Shown piece by piece: positions 1 through 10,079 of a stretch of DNA of 64,000 nucleotides. Origin of the DNA: an uncultured Aquiluna sp. (GTDB taxonomy: Bacteria; Actinomycetota; Actinomycetes; Actinomycetales; Microbacteriaceae). The notes under the pieces are model-generated. The model searched no databases. It was not told where the DNA came from and was given only the letters and a program-made list of their open reading frames with translations. Within the stretch, counting starts at the first letter, position 1; each line of letters begins with the position of its first letter. Location: NCBI GenBank assembly GCA_913775595.1, contig CAJYLB010000001.1, forward strand, positions 1,065,135 to 1,129,134, written 5' to 3'. The translations under genes were made by a program, and so were the position numbers.

Positions 1-1
1 C

Positions 2-166
2 GGGTTGCAGGTTTTTGTGGTTGCCGGTGGGGTAATGGGGCTCCTGCCTCTGACTGGCCTAACCACACCCTTCCTGGCAGCGGGAGGGTCCTCACTCCTG
101 GCTAACTGGTCCATCATTGCGCTGCTTCTGATAATCAGCGATTCCTCTTTGAGGAGCAATAGGTGA
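2..166 (+). CDS. rodA: FtsW/RodA/SpoVE (SEDS) family protein, C-terminal fragment; 5' end lies outside the window
   Basis: Frame 2 reads without stops as ...[36 protein letters not shown]..., the conserved SEDS C-terminus. The TGA at 164-166 overlaps the GTG of the next gene. Synteny is rodA-pbpA-pknA-pknB. Confidence 0.75.
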   Translation, partial: GLQVFVVAGGVMGLLPLTGLTTPFLAAGGSSLLANWSIIALLLIISDSSLRSNR

Positions 167-1611
167 ATCGTCAGGTTCGAAGGGTTGGACTGATCTTGAC
201 GATCATGTTCATCGCGCTATTTGCAATGGCCAGCTCGATTCAGGTAATTAGAACTGGGGAGCTGTACCAGGACAGCAGAAACGTGCGTGCCTCGTACGAG
301 ACCTATAAAACCCAGCGCGGAGCAATCTTGGTTGGTGGTGCCCCGATTGTCACCTCTAGGCCCGTGAATGATGACTACAGATTCCTTAGGGAATATGAAA
401 GCGTCATCTACAGCCCTGTAACCGGCTACTACTCAGTATTCTCTGGAACCACCGGCATTGAGCGCTCTATGAACAGCTACCTCTCAGGCCAGTCCGGAGC
501 ACAATTCTTCGAGCAGATCAATGCGCTTCTCGATGGCACCCCCGTAACCGGAGCGGCGGTGGAACTAACCATTAATCCCGAGGCCCAGCGGGCAGCCTGG
601 GATGCGCTTGGAAGCCGCAAAGGTGCTGTTGTTGCAATTGAGCCTTCGACCGGCAGGATCCTTGCGCTGGTTTCGAAGCCAACCTTTGATGCAAACCTTT
701 TGGCTTCCCACACCTATGGCGCGGTTGTCGAGGCCTATCAGAACTACGTCGAGAACGACGAGGACCCGCTTGTGAACCGCGCCATTGCGGGAGATCTCTA
801 CCATCCGGGCTCGGTGTTTAAGCTTGTCGTCGCTGCCGCAGCTCTTGAGTCCGGTAACTACACCACCCAGTCAAGCTTTGAAAACCTTGGAGAGTATGTG
901 CTTCCGGGAACCTCAACACCGGTTTACAACTCAAACGGTTCTACTTGTGGTTCAGAGGAGAGCGTGACCCTTGAGACCGCGCTAATTCGTTCCTGCAACA
1001 TTCCCTTCGCGATGCTGGCAGTTGAACTGGGACAGGACAGGATTCGAGCCCAGGCCGAGCTGATGGGCTTTGGTGACGAACTCGAGATCCCAATGGCCGT
1101 AACCCCAAGCACCTATCCCGAGGGCATGGATCTTGCCCAGACGGGATTGAGTGGGTTTGGTCAGTTCGACGTTCGCGTTTCTCCGTTGCAGATGGCGCTG
1201 GTGACATCAGCGATTGCGAACCAGGGCGTGATCATGAACCCGCAGCTTGTGAAGACGGTTGTTGCCAGCAACCTGAACATTCTTTCCCAGCCGCAACCAA
1301 CGGTCTTTTCCTCACCGATGTCCCGAGAGACCGCTGGATATCTAACCCGCATGATGGTCGATTCGGTGGAAATCGGAGTTGCCGGTCGAGCCGGGATATC
1401 GCAGGTAGCGGTGGCGGGAAAAACGGGCACTGCTGAGAATGGTCCGGCCGAGCCCTACACCCTCTGGTTCACCGGGTTTGCGCCCGCTGAAAAGCCTCAG
1501 ATTGTGGTCACCGTCGTAATTGAGGACGGCGGAGGCATTGGCCAAAACGGAACTGGAAATCAGCTCGCTGCTCCAATTGCGAAAGCAGTCATGGAAGCGG
1601 TGCTCGAATGA
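163..1611 (+). CDS. pbpA: penicillin-binding protein A (class B transpeptidase)
   Basis: 482 aa with an N-terminal TM anchor. Transpeptidase motifs are SVFK (SxxK), SCN (SxN) and KTGTA (KTG). Translationally coupled to rodA upstream and to the kinase downstream (ATGA). Confidence 0.9.
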   Translation: MNRQVRRVGLILTIMFIALFAMASSIQVIRTGELYQDSRNVRASYETYKTQRGAILVGGAPIVTSRPVNDDYRFLREYESVIYSPVTGYYSVFSGTTGIERSMNSYLSGQSGAQFFEQINALLDGTPVTGAAVELTINPEAQRAAWDALGSRKGAVVAIEPSTGRILALVSKPTFDANLLASHTYGAVVEAYQNYVENDEDPLVNRAIAGDLYHPGSVFKLVVAAAALESGNYTTQSSFENLGEYVLPGTSTPVYNSNGSTCGSEESVTLETALIRSCNIPFAMLAVELGQDRIRAQAELMGFGDELEIPMAVTPSTYPEGMDLAQTGLSGFGQFDVRVSPLQMALVTSAIANQGVIMNPQLVKTVVASNLNILSQPQPTVFSSPMSRETAGYLTRMMVDSVEIGVAGRAGISQVAVAGKTGTAENGPAEPYTLWFTGFAPAEKPQIVVTVVIEDGGGIGQNGTGNQLAAPIAKAVMEAVLE

Positions 1612-3089
1612 AGCCGGCGGTAGGGCAGCTCTATGGAGATCGTTACCGTCTCCAGCTTCGTATTGCCATTGGCGGCATGGGTGAGGTTTGGCAAGCCGAG
1701 GACGAGTTGATTCTCAGACAGGTAGCCATAAAAATCCTCAAAGAGGAGTATGTTTCTGACCCGCTCTTCATCGAGAGGTTCCGTAGCGAAGCTAAGTCGG
1801 CAGCACTTGTGGAGCACGAGGGCATTGCGAATGTCTATGACTATGGGGAAGACGCGAATGCGGCATATCTGGTGATGGAGCTAGTCCCTGGAGAATCCCT
1901 TTCACGAATCATCGAGCGGGAGAAAAAGCTGCCGGACACCAGGGTCCTAGACATAATGGCGCAAACATCGAGGGCACTTGGTGCAGCGCATGCCAGAGGC
2001 CTGGTGCATCGCGATATAAAGCCTGGAAACCTGCTTATTACGCCAGAAGGCAAAGTGAAAATCACGGACTTTGGAATTGCCAGGGTGGGAGATCAGGTTC
2101 CGCTCACCAAGACCGGCCAGGTAATGGGCACTGTGCAGTACCTGGCTCCCGAGCAGGCAACGGGTAAACCATCGACTCCGGCAACTGACCTCTACTCGCT
2201 TGGGGTTGTTGCCTATGAGGCATTGAGTGGCAAGCGGCCCTTTACGGGTGAAAACCAGATGGCTATTGCCATGGCACACATCAATGAGATGCCTCAAGCC
2301 CTACCCGAGTCCATCGACCCACGGGTTCAAAACCTTGTCCTGAGCTGCTTAGCCAAAAAGCCAAATCAAAGGCCAGAATCTGCAAACTCGCTCGCCATAA
2401 GAGCTGAGGCGCTTCTGAGGGAGAAAAAGGGCAAGCCTGCAGTTAGGTCGATTAAAGAGGTCGAGGACGATCCGGTAACAGAGCTGATCACCACCGACAC
2501 CGCACCGCTCCCAAAGGCGCCAATTGTTTGGCCGTGGGTTGCAACATTGGGGCTATTGGGTCTGACCGCGGTAGTTGTGATTGTTGCGATCTTGTCAGAG
2601 CCAAATGCGGAGGATGTGGTTCAAACTCCTTCTCCTACGGCTACGCAAACGCAGGAGCCGAGCCCGGAACCAACCGAGGAGCCAGAACCCGCAAATGAGC
2701 CTAAAAATATTCTGCTTTTGCGCTCGGACATCATCGACCAAAACCTCAGCGATGTGACGGCACAGCTGACAGAGCAGGGGTTCATCGTGAATGCCATCCC
2801 GGGTGAGCTGATCCCCGGAGATGATCCGAGAGTGAGAACTGTCTATGCGGTTTCGCCTACCGGCAGCATTGCCGAGGGAAGCACCATCGACGTGACCTAC
2901 TACGTAGGAGACTTCGCGGAGATTCCGGTTGAAATCCCCGAGCCAGACCCAGTGGAGACAGATCCTGCGGAGCAGGACCCAAATGCGCCTGTGGAACCAG
3001 AGGCGCCAGCGGACCCAGATGGTGAGCCAGCAGATCCTGGTGCTGAAACGGCTCCAGAGCCGGCACCGGAGGAGCCTGCAGGTGATTAG
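1608..3089 (+). CDS. pknA: Ser/Thr protein kinase in the PknA position, with a TM segment, one PASTA-like extracellular module and Pro/Glu-rich linkers
   Basis: Hanks kinase motifs [22 protein letters not shown] and APE. TM helix [27 protein letters not shown]-like segment [18 protein letters not shown]...[20 protein letters not shown]. Confidence 0.88.
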   Translation: MKPAVGQLYGDRYRLQLRIAIGGMGEVWQAEDELILRQVAIKILKEEYVSDPLFIERFRSEAKSAALVEHEGIANVYDYGEDANAAYLVMELVPGESLSRIIEREKKLPDTRVLDIMAQTSRALGAAHARGLVHRDIKPGNLLITPEGKVKITDFGIARVGDQVPLTKTGQVMGTVQYLAPEQATGKPSTPATDLYSLGVVAYEALSGKRPFTGENQMAIAMAHINEMPQALPESIDPRVQNLVLSCLAKKPNQRPESANSLAIRAEALLREKKGKPAVRSIKEVEDDPVTELITTDTAPLPKAPIVWPWVATLGLLGLTAVVVIVAILSEPNAEDVVQTPSPTATQTQEPSPEPTEEPEPANEPKNILLLRSDIIDQNLSDVTAQLTEQGFIVNAIPGELIPGDDPRVRTVYAVSPTGSIAEGSTIDVTYYVGDFAEIPVEIPEPDPVETDPAEQDPNAPVEPEAPADPDGEPADPGAETAPEPAPEEPAGD

Positions 3090-3165
3090 TAACAACAATG
3101 TGACCGAGTCGGTCAGGGGGCTGTAGCTTGCCAAAACTAGACTTTGTCCCAGTAGAAAGAGCAAC

Positions 3166-4992
3166 GTGAACGAAAACGAAAGACTGATTGCCGGGCGCTA
3201 CCGCATCGGTCAACTGGTTGGTCGCGGGGGGATGGCCGAGGTTTACGAGGGCTATGACACCCGCCTTGGCAGAACTGTCGCTATCAAGCTTCTAAAGTCA
3301 GACCTGGCCAACGACGCAAACTTTGAGGCAAAGTTCCGTCAAGAGGCCCAGGCCTCTGCCCGCATGGCCCACCCTTCAATTGTTCGAATCTATGACGCTG
3401 GCGAGGAAGAAACCACAGACGCCAACGGGAACCTGGTCAAGACTCCATTCATAATCATGGAGCTCGTCAAGGGCCGCCTCCTTAGAGACATAATCCACGA
3501 GGGCAAGGTAGATGTTTCGAGAGCCGTCAAGTTTGTCTCTGGGATTCTCAGTGCTCTCGAAGTCTCTCACCGCTCAGGTGTAGTCCACCGCGACATCAAG
3601 CCGGCAAACGTAATGGTCGGAGAGAATGACTCGGTCAAGGTGATGGACTTTGGTATCGCCAGAGCGGTTTCAGACAACTCGGCCACACAGGCAGCGACCG
3701 CAGGCATTGTCGGCACGGCTCAGTACTTCTCGCCCGAGCAGGCCAGAGGAGATGCAGTTGATGCAAGAACCGACCTGTATTCAACTGGCGTTATTCTCTA
3801 TGAGCTTCTTGCTGGAAGACCTCCATTCAAGGGTGAGAGTGCGGTATCGGTTGCCTATCAGCACGTGAGTGAGGAGGCCCCGCTTCCCTCGAGCCACAAC
3901 TCCCAAGTTTCTGGGGAGCTTGACGCTGTCGTCGCCCGGGCCATGGCCAAGGATCGCGATGAGCGTTATCAAAATGCCGAGGAGTTCCGAGAGCACCTTC
4001 AAGCGGCGCTCACGGGTTCGCCCCTCACCCAAAAGATTGACAAGCCGGTTCAAGAGATAAGTCCGGTTGATGTGGATGCCACCGAGCTCATAACCGAGCC
4101 CGAGTCGCTGCCAACCTCGCTACTCGAAGGCTTCGAAACCGCTCCCAGCCGCCAGATAACAACCACCAACAACAAGATTGGTGCTGGTGTGCTGTGGGGG
4201 TTGGGAACTGGTGTCGTGGTCATTTTGGTCGGACTGTTGTTCTGGGTGATGAACCTTGGCTCAACACCATCGCCAACTGCACCCTCAAGCGGTATTGAGG
4301 TGGCCAACGTGGTCGGCTCGCTTTATGACGATGCGGTTGGCACCCTAGAAAACCAGGACCTCGTGGTGCTTAGGGTTTATGAGAAGAGCGAAACCGTTCC
4401 TGAGGGTGTGGTCATTCGCCAGGAGCCCGAGTCGGGCACCGTGGTGCTGAGCAATACCCCAGTGACTCTGTATGTGTCATCAGGTGCAACTGAAGTCACG
4501 GTTCCAAATGTCGTAGGGGCACTCGAGGCCGATGCCGTGAAACTCATTGAAGATCGCGGCCTAAGCGTCGGTTCGATAACCGTCGTCGGTTCGCCGACGG
4601 TTGCGGAGGGAACCGTCATCGCCTCAGACCCCGTGACAAACGCCAGGCTTCCGCTTGGAAGCGTCGTGAACCTGATTCTCTCTGATGGCACGGTTCAGGT
4701 CCCTGATGTAAGAAACCTTGAAGTTCTAGAGGCCAGAGGAATCCTCACCGATCCGGCCATTGGATACTCGGTCTCGGTTGAAATTCTTGATGCGGAGCTC
4801 TGCACCGGAACCCCCGGCAATGTGGTTTTGGAGCAGTCGATTCTTCCGGGAGAAGCCCAGCAAAAGCAAAACATTGTGCTCTACGTGGAGTGTATTGGCG
4901 GCGTTGATCCAGAAAACCCCGACCCTAACTCTCCGGGTGATGGAACTGTGGAGCCTGCTCCGACCGAGGAGCCTGCACCTTCAGAGGGCTAG
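3166..4992 (+). CDS. pknB: Ser/Thr protein kinase PknB with extracellular PASTA repeats
   Basis: Motifs GRGGMAEVY, VAIK, HRDIKPAN, DFG and SPE. One TM helix, then three PASTA-like repeats by eye (VANVVG.., VPNVVG.., VPDVRN..). Conserved position after pknA. Confidence 0.92.
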   Translation: MNENERLIAGRYRIGQLVGRGGMAEVYEGYDTRLGRTVAIKLLKSDLANDANFEAKFRQEAQASARMAHPSIVRIYDAGEEETTDANGNLVKTPFIIMELVKGRLLRDIIHEGKVDVSRAVKFVSGILSALEVSHRSGVVHRDIKPANVMVGENDSVKVMDFGIARAVSDNSATQAATAGIVGTAQYFSPEQARGDAVDARTDLYSTGVILYELLAGRPPFKGESAVSVAYQHVSEEAPLPSSHNSQVSGELDAVVARAMAKDRDERYQNAEEFREHLQAALTGSPLTQKIDKPVQEISPVDVDATELITEPESLPTSLLEGFETAPSRQITTTNNKIGAGVLWGLGTGVVVILVGLLFWVMNLGSTPSPTAPSSGIEVANVVGSLYDDAVGTLENQDLVVLRVYEKSETVPEGVVIRQEPESGTVVLSNTPVTLYVSSGATEVTVPNVVGALEADAVKLIEDRGLSVGSITVVGSPTVAEGTVIASDPVTNARLPLGSVVNLILSDGTVQVPDVRNLEVLEARGILTDPAIGYSVSVEILDAELCTGTPGNVVLEQSILPGEAQQKQNIVLYVECIGGVDPENPDPNSPGDGTVEPAPTEEPAPSEG

Positions 4993-5621
4993 CCAACACG
5001 GGGAGAAAGGGTCTTTGCCTTCTCCCTTGCTCCCGCTAGTCCCAGCGACTCCAGCCAGTTCGCGAGCATCATGTAACCGCCCTCGGTCATGACCGACTCT
5101 GGGTGAAACTGAACCCCAAAGATGGGCTTTTCTTTGTGCTGGAGGCTCATAATTACACCCGACTCCGTCTCTCCCGTGATGACAAGATCCTCGGGGACGG
5201 TGTCTCTTACTACCGCAAGTGAGTGGTAGCGGGTAGCGGTGAATCCCTGCGGAAGACCTTCAAATATCGGACTGCCCTTGTGATTCACCTGCGAGGTCTT
5301 TCCGTGCATGAGCTCTGGTGCGCTTTTGACCGTTGCGCCCATGGCCTCCGCTATCGCCTGATGCCCCAGGCAGACTCCGAAGACGGGGTAGTCACTCTCA
5401 AGAGCAAGCTTCACAGTCGGTATGGAAAGACCTGCGCTAGCAGGGGTTCCGGGTCCTGGGGAAATCAGAACGGCATCGTATTTTGCCAGCAGTTGAGGCA
5501 GTTCAGACTCTTCTATTGCATCATTTCGAATGACCTCGGTCTCCGCACCAAGCTGCCGAAGGTAGCCGTTTAGCGTGTAAACGAAGCTGTCGTAGTTATC
5601 CAGCACGAGTATCTTGACCAC
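4989..5621 (-). CDS. trpG: anthranilate/aminodeoxychorismate synthase component II (class I glutamine amidotransferase)
   Basis: 210 aa. MVKILVLDNYDSFVYTL N-terminus, catalytic GVCLGHQ and HPES motifs. Same position as the trpG next to pknB in other actinobacteria. Confidence 0.85.
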   Translation of the reverse strand: MVKILVLDNYDSFVYTLNGYLRQLGAETEVIRNDAIEESELPQLLAKYDAVLISPGPGTPASAGLSIPTVKLALESDYPVFGVCLGHQAIAEAMGATVKSAPELMHGKTSQVNHKGSPIFEGLPQGFTATRYHSLAVVRDTVPEDLVITGETESGVIMSLQHKEKPIFGVQFHPESVMTEGGYMMLANWLESLGLAGAREKAKTLSPRVG

Positions 5622-5677
5622 CCGATTAGCCTACTTCGGTTCGCACCAGGCCCCCCCTTGGTAATAAACTTGCAGCC

Positions 5678-5941
5678 ATGTCGGAATCCAAGGACAACAA
5701 GAGAAGCTCCAAGCCTGTAAAGCCAAAGATTGTTGGTGAAGAGGATGAGAACCCGCTCTGGTACAAAATAGCCATGTTCGGCTTTATGATTGCCGGTCTT
5801 ATCTGGATTCTCGTTTTCTACATCTCTTCGGCTAGGTTCCCCCTGGGCAGCTCGACCCCAATCAACCTTTCCAACTGGAACATCTTGATTGGCTTTGGCA
5901 TCGCCATGATTGGGTTCTCGATGACTACTCGCTGGAAGTAG
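5678..5941 (+). CDS. crgA: cell division protein CrgA
   Basis: 87 aa. Basic N-terminus followed by NPLWYKIAMFGFMI and two TM helices. Conserved ori-proximal position. Confidence 0.85.
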   Translation: MSESKDNKRSSKPVKPKIVGEEDENPLWYKIAMFGFMIAGLIWILVFYISSARFPLGSSTPINLSNWNILIGFGIAMIGFSMTTRWK

Positions 5942-6592
5942 CTAGAACCACATTCCGACCCTGAGCTGGGTCAAAAAGTAGATCACCACCCAAACACCAA
6001 CCACTCCTGCAAACTGCAAAAGCTTCTGACTGGGTTTTCTGGTTGCCGCGTAAATGCCAGCAATAACCAAGCCTGTTACAAGTCCACCAAGGTGACCCTC
6101 CCAGGAGATGCCGGGGATAAAGATTCCTAGGGCAAAGTTGATGCCCACCAAGATAAAGATCTGTGAGGCATTGCCGCCAAGGCTTCTAATGACGATGAAG
6201 TAGGCGCCCATCAGGCCAAACAGTGCACCCGATGCCCCAACCACAGGCTGCTGAGGATCAGAGATCCACAGGACCGCAAGCGATCCGCCAACGATTGAGG
6301 TCAAATACAGCGCTAGGAACCTAAAGGTTCCAAGCATTGGCTCTAAAGCACGACCGAATATCCAGATCGCGTAAGAGTTGAAAAGAATATGCATCGGGCC
6401 CGACCAGTCATGCACAAATCCACTGGTGAGCATCCGCCAGGGTTCAAATGCAGCGAGTAGCGGAGCAAAGAAAAACTGGTTGGTAAAGATGTAGCCGAGC
6501 GGCGATATCTGACCTAGCCAAACCAGGACGTTCACAATCAACAGCGCCGAAGTGATCGGCGCCTGTGAGGCCCTGGCCAGCCTTCTTGCCAA
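5942..6592 (-). CDS. rhomboid family intramembrane serine protease
   Basis: 216 aa polytopic membrane protein with GASGALFGLMG (GxSG catalytic Ser) and a later EGHLGG His. Confidence 0.85.
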   Translation of the reverse strand: MARRLARASQAPITSALLIVNVLVWLGQISPLGYIFTNQFFFAPLLAAFEPWRMLTSGFVHDWSGPMHILFNSYAIWIFGRALEPMLGTFRFLALYLTSIVGGSLAVLWISDPQQPVVGASGALFGLMGAYFIVIRSLGGNASQIFILVGINFALGIFIPGISWEGHLGGLVTGLVIAGIYAATRKPSQKLLQFAGVVGVWVVIYFLTQLRVGMWF

Positions 6593-6593
6593 T

Positions 6594-7121
6594 TTAGAGA
6601 GTTTCGATGGAGACCGACGTTAGGACAACATCTTCAACCGGGCGATCCTGTCCTGCCGTCTCCACCATTGCAATCTTGTCGACAACCTTCTTGCTCTCAT
6701 CGTCGGCTACCTCACCAAAGATGGTGTGGCGTCCTTGGAGCCACGTGGTTGGTGCAACGGTGATGAAGAACTGGCTGCCGTTGGTTCCCGGGCCAGCATT
6801 TGCCATTGCAAGTTTGTAGGGCTCTGCGAAGGTGAGCTCCGGGTGAATCTCGTCCTTGAACTGGTAGCCAGGTCCGCCCATTCCGGTTCCGGTTGGGTCA
6901 CCGCCCTGAATCATGAAGTCTGGGATTATGCGGTGGAAGATTACGTTCTCATACAAAGGACCGCTCTTCATTTCTCCGCTTCTCGGATCGCGCCACTCGA
7001 TGGCGCCCATGGCTAGGCCCTCGAAGTTCTCAACGGTTTGTGGGGCGTGAAGGCCGAAGAGGTTGACCTTGATGTCGCCGTGGTTGGTGTGCAGGGTTGC
7101 TACTGAGGTTGGATTTGTCAT
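6594..7121 (-). CDS. ppiA: peptidyl-prolyl cis-trans isomerase (cyclophilin type)
   Basis: 175 aa with FHRIIPDFMIQGGDP and GTNGSQFFIT cyclophilin signatures. Confidence 0.92.
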   Translation of the reverse strand: MTNPTSVATLHTNHGDIKVNLFGLHAPQTVENFEGLAMGAIEWRDPRSGEMKSGPLYENVIFHRIIPDFMIQGGDPTGTGMGGPGYQFKDEIHPELTFAEPYKLAMANAGPGTNGSQFFITVAPTTWLQGRHTIFGEVADDESKKVVDKIAMVETAGQDRPVEDVVLTSVSIETL

Positions 7122-7156
7122 TAGACCATTGTGTCACGGATCTAGAACTTGAAAAT

Positions 7157-7192
7157 TACTGAACAGTTGTTTAGTATTTGAACATGCGTTCA
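7157..7192. promoter_or_regulatory. candidate TetR operator: two inverted repeats overlapping the regulator start
   Basis: TACTGAAC-AGTT-GTTTAGTA at 7157-7176 (7/8 arms) and TGAAC-ATGC-GTTCA at 7179-7192 (perfect arms), both at the start codon of the TetR gene. Confidence 0.35.
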
Positions 7193-7792
7193 GTCGAGAC
7201 CACAAGGGAGCAGCTGCTCACGATTGCGGTCGAGATGTTTGCTGCAAACGGTTTTGCCCAGACATCGCTTAGGGCAATTGCCAAGCAGGCGGGGGTGTCC
7301 CCGGCTCTCCTGGTGCACCACTTTGGCACTAAAGATGCACTCATCAAGGAGGCGATGGCAATCACTCTGGGTCACTGGGTTGCCGACGAAAAGGCGGCAA
7401 TGTTGGATGACGAGTCAAATCAGCTAAGCCACTGGCAGACAGTCATGGCAAAAGGTGCAACTCCCTTGAATTTCTTTAGACAGGTGTTACTGGCCGGAGG
7501 GGAGTACTCCCAGCGACTATTTGCCGCTGCGGTTAGTGAATCCGAGAGCCTTCTTGAGCAGATGAAATCTGCGGGAAGGCTGAGGGATGTGAAGGATCCC
7601 AAAACAACCGCGCTCATGCTCACACTGAGTGGCCTAGGGTCAGTTTTGTTTATGGACCACATCGAAAAAATTCTTGGAGGGTCAATTGCCTCCGAGCCAG
7701 TTGCTAAAAAGCTGATGAACGCAAACAACCAAATGTTGCAAGAGGGCATCTTCGTGCCCTCTAGCTCAAATGAAAAGGAAGCAGGTAACTAA
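7178..7792 (+). CDS. TetR/AcrR family transcriptional regulator
   Basis: N-terminal HTH TREQLLTIAVEMFAANGFAQTSLRAIAKQAGVSPALLVHHFGTKDAL. The start could be TTG 7178 or the in-frame ATG 7184. The stop overlaps the next start. Confidence 0.82.
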   Translation: MNMRSVETTREQLLTIAVEMFAANGFAQTSLRAIAKQAGVSPALLVHHFGTKDALIKEAMAITLGHWVADEKAAMLDDESNQLSHWQTVMAKGATPLNFFRQVLLAGGEYSQRLFAAAVSESESLLEQMKSAGRLRDVKDPKTTALMLTLSGLGSVLFMDHIEKILGGSIASEPVAKKLMNANNQMLQEGIFVPSSSNEKEAGN

Positions 7793-8496
7793 TGGCTGCA
7801 ATTGCCATTGACGGCCTTGTGAAGACCTACGGCAAACAAAATGCCGTGGATAACCTCACGGCCACCATTGAGAAAGGCAGAATCACCGGCTTTTTGGGAC
7901 CAAACGGTGCTGGAAAGTCCACAACTCTGCGCTGCCTGGTTGGGCTAGCCGCGCCGACTAGCGGAACCGCCAAGATCTTTGACAGGAGTTATAAAGACCT
8001 TGAGAATCCCCTCAGCCAGGTTGGAACAGTGCTCGACAGCAGGGGCTTTCACCCTGCCCTAACCGGAAAACAAAATCTTCGGGTAGTGGCTGCTGCTGCA
8101 GGGATATCAGACTCAAGAGTCGACGAGGTGCTCGAGATGGTTGAACTCGAAGACGCTGCCGATAAGAGGATGAAGAACTACTCCCTTGGCATGAAGCAGA
8201 GGTTGGCCTTGGCTGGTGCAATTCTTGGAGACCCGGAGATTCTGATCCTTGATGAGCCTGCCAATGGCCTAGACCCTGCTGGAATTGCCTGGTTGCGTAA
8301 GTTCCTCAGAAAGTTGGCAGAGGGTGGCAGGACAATCTTGGTCTCCTCCCACCAGCTTGCTGAAATGCAGAACACCGTTGACGACGTCATCATCATCAAC
8401 AAGGGAAGGCTGATTGCCTCGGGATCGATGGATGAGGTTAAAGGCGAGGGCACCTTAGAAGATGCCTTCTTGAAGCTAACTGGAGGTGAGCTCTAA
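7792..8496 (+). CDS. ABC transporter ATP-binding protein (ABC-2 exporter type)
   Basis: Walker A GPNGAGKST, signature YSLGMKQRL, Walker B ILILDEP. Coupled to the TetR gene and the permease. Confidence 0.88.
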   Translation: MAAIAIDGLVKTYGKQNAVDNLTATIEKGRITGFLGPNGAGKSTTLRCLVGLAAPTSGTAKIFDRSYKDLENPLSQVGTVLDSRGFHPALTGKQNLRVVAAAAGISDSRVDEVLEMVELEDAADKRMKNYSLGMKQRLALAGAILGDPEILILDEPANGLDPAGIAWLRKFLRKLAEGGRTILVSSHQLAEMQNTVDDVIIINKGRLIASGSMDEVKGEGTLEDAFLKLTGGEL

Positions 8497-9275
8497 TGGG
8501 TTCTCTATTGAAATCTGAGTGGCGCAAACTCATTTACGCCCGTGCCCACTGGGGACTGCTAATTGCTGGAATGTTTGTTGCGGGCCTCGGGACCGCGGTG
8601 ACGCCAGTAATCCTGGATAACCCCGAAACCAGCTTTGGACTGGGCCTGGATCAAACGCAGGCAGTTGATGCTGTGTATGCAAATGCAATTTCCTCTTACT
8701 TTTTCGCGATCATCATCGGCATCATGCTCATGTCTGGCGAGTTCCGCCACGGCACGGCCGTAGCAACGTTCCTTACCGCACCAAAGCGCGGCACGGTTCT
8801 TGCAAACAAGCTTGGTATTGCAGCCATCGGGGGAATCCTGGTGATGGTCATCTCCACTGCCGCAGGGCTTGTGGGTGGTTGGGTAGCTCTCTCCTTCTTC
8901 CCAGATGCCGCTGACCCAACCAGCACCGTGTTTGTCAATACGCTGCTCGCTGCGGTTGTCTCGGGTGCAATTTTGGGAATCGTCGGAGTCGCACTTGGAA
9001 CGCTAATCAGAAACCAGATGCTGGCCATAACGGGTGCACTGATCTACCTGTTCGTGATTGACCCAATCCTGCTGACACTGTTGCCTGACACGGGTAAGTA
9101 CCTTCCCGCAGGGCTAATCACAGCAATGCTGTCGCTAGATATCGAGGCACCAGAGTTCGGCATCGACACCACCGCCTACCTGCCCCCACTGACAGCAATG
9201 ATCGTGCTGCTTGGTTACGGAGCGGTTTTTGCTGTCCTTGCCATCACAACCAGCCTCAGAAGAGACATTGAATAG
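8496..9275 (+). CDS. ABC-2 type transporter permease
   Basis: 259 aa with about 6 predicted TM helices. Start overlaps the ATPase stop (ATG/TAA). Confidence 0.7.
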   Translation: MGSLLKSEWRKLIYARAHWGLLIAGMFVAGLGTAVTPVILDNPETSFGLGLDQTQAVDAVYANAISSYFFAIIIGIMLMSGEFRHGTAVATFLTAPKRGTVLANKLGIAAIGGILVMVISTAAGLVGGWVALSFFPDAADPTSTVFVNTLLAAVVSGAILGIVGVALGTLIRNQMLAITGALIYLFVIDPILLTLLPDTGKYLPAGLITAMLSLDIEAPEFGIDTTAYLPPLTAMIVLLGYGAVFAVLAITTSLRRDIE

Positions 9276-9288
9276 GCACAAAAAGAGG

Positions 9289-9316
9289 CGGGTCGGGTTA
9301 TCCCGGCCCGTTTCTT
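9289..9316. terminator. bidirectional hairpin terminator between convergent genes
   Basis: CGGGTCGGG-ttat-CCCGGCCCG (9 bp, one G-U pair) followed by TTTCTT. An A-run precedes it, which serves the opposite strand. Confidence 0.55.
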
Positions 9317-10076
9317 ATAGCCCCTTGGGTTTGAGGTATTTCTGAGCGAGTGCGCTCAGGAAATCAAAGACCAGAGCCAGGATTGCAACCATAACGGCAC
9401 CAATCAGGATGGCTGGACCGCGGTCCAGCTTCAGGCCTGAGTTGATGGTCTCACCTAGCCCGCCGCCCCCAACAAGGAAGGCGAGCGCCGACATGCCAAC
9501 GTTGATCACGATGGCGGTCCTGATGCCGGCAATGATGACCTCAACGGAAAGCGGGAGCTCGATCTTGAGCAGAATCTGTCTTGTGGTGTAGCCCATCCCG
9601 CGACCGGCATCAATTACCGACTTGTCCACCTGCTCCAGTCCCACGATGGTGTTTCGCAGCACCGGTAAAAGAGAGAAGGTTGCAAGGGCAAGGATTACCG
9701 TGTTGATGCCGGCGCCCATGAATGAGAAGAAGATCACAATCAGGCCGTAGGCGGGAAGGGCCTGGGCCAAACCAAGGGTGTCAACTATGAAGTTTTTTAG
9801 CCTTGGAAAGCCCTTTCTGGTGACCAAGATGCCAAGGGGTATGGCCACCAAAATCACAAGAGCCGATGAGGAGAAGCCCAAAAGCAAAGTTTCTCCGAGC
9901 TGGCGCTGGAGCTTCTCTGGAGCGAGAATCGCCTCAGTGGTCGAATCGATGTCGGAGTAAAGCCAAACTGCAATACCGATTACCCCAAGAATTGCCGCGA
10001 AAATTGGCGAAACAATGAGGTCGAGACGCTCACTTAGGGGAGTCCGATTGGTGTTTGGGCTTACCGTCGTCGACAA
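9315..10076 (-). CDS. glycine betaine/choline (Opu-type) ABC transporter permease
   Basis: 253 aa polytopic BPD-transport permease. Lies in an operon with a CBS-domain ATPase and a betaine-type binding protein. Confidence 0.82.
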   Translation of the reverse strand: MSTTVSPNTNRTPLSERLDLIVSPIFAAILGVIGIAVWLYSDIDSTTEAILAPEKLQRQLGETLLLGFSSSALVILVAIPLGILVTRKGFPRLKNFIVDTLGLAQALPAYGLIVIFFSFMGAGINTVILALATFSLLPVLRNTIVGLEQVDKSVIDAGRGMGYTTRQILLKIELPLSVEVIIAGIRTAIVINVGMSALAFLVGGGGLGETINSGLKLDRGPAILIGAVMVAILALVFDFLSALAQKYLKPKGL

Positions 10077-10079
10077 GGT

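Noticed and set aside
2630-3089. Pro/Glu/Thr/Ala-rich low-complexity stretches in the PknA tail (and 4915-4992 in PknB), considered as degenerate or pseudogenised sequence
   Set aside because: The frame stays open to a clean stop, the stretches flank a folded PASTA-like module, and such linkers are common in extracellular parts of actinobacterial kinases.
3101-3115. Perfect 7-1-7 palindrome TGACCGAGTCGGTCA between pknA and pknB, considered as a terminator
   Set aside because: No T-run follows it and the two kinases are normally co-transcribed. At most it is a processing or attenuation hairpin, and there is not enough evidence to call a feature.
2595-3164. 189-aa ORF antisense to the pknA 3' end, and the many other 60-190-aa antisense or out-of-frame ORFs in the six-frame track (for example 477-713, 8696-9028, 11241-11771, 36283-36780, 60167-60667, 62771-63229)
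   Set aside because: Each lies entirely inside a longer ORF with clear family motifs on the other strand or frame. Their translations are low-complexity Arg/Ser/Pro-rich shadows, which is typical of GC-rich DNA. None has an RBS or its own intergenic space.
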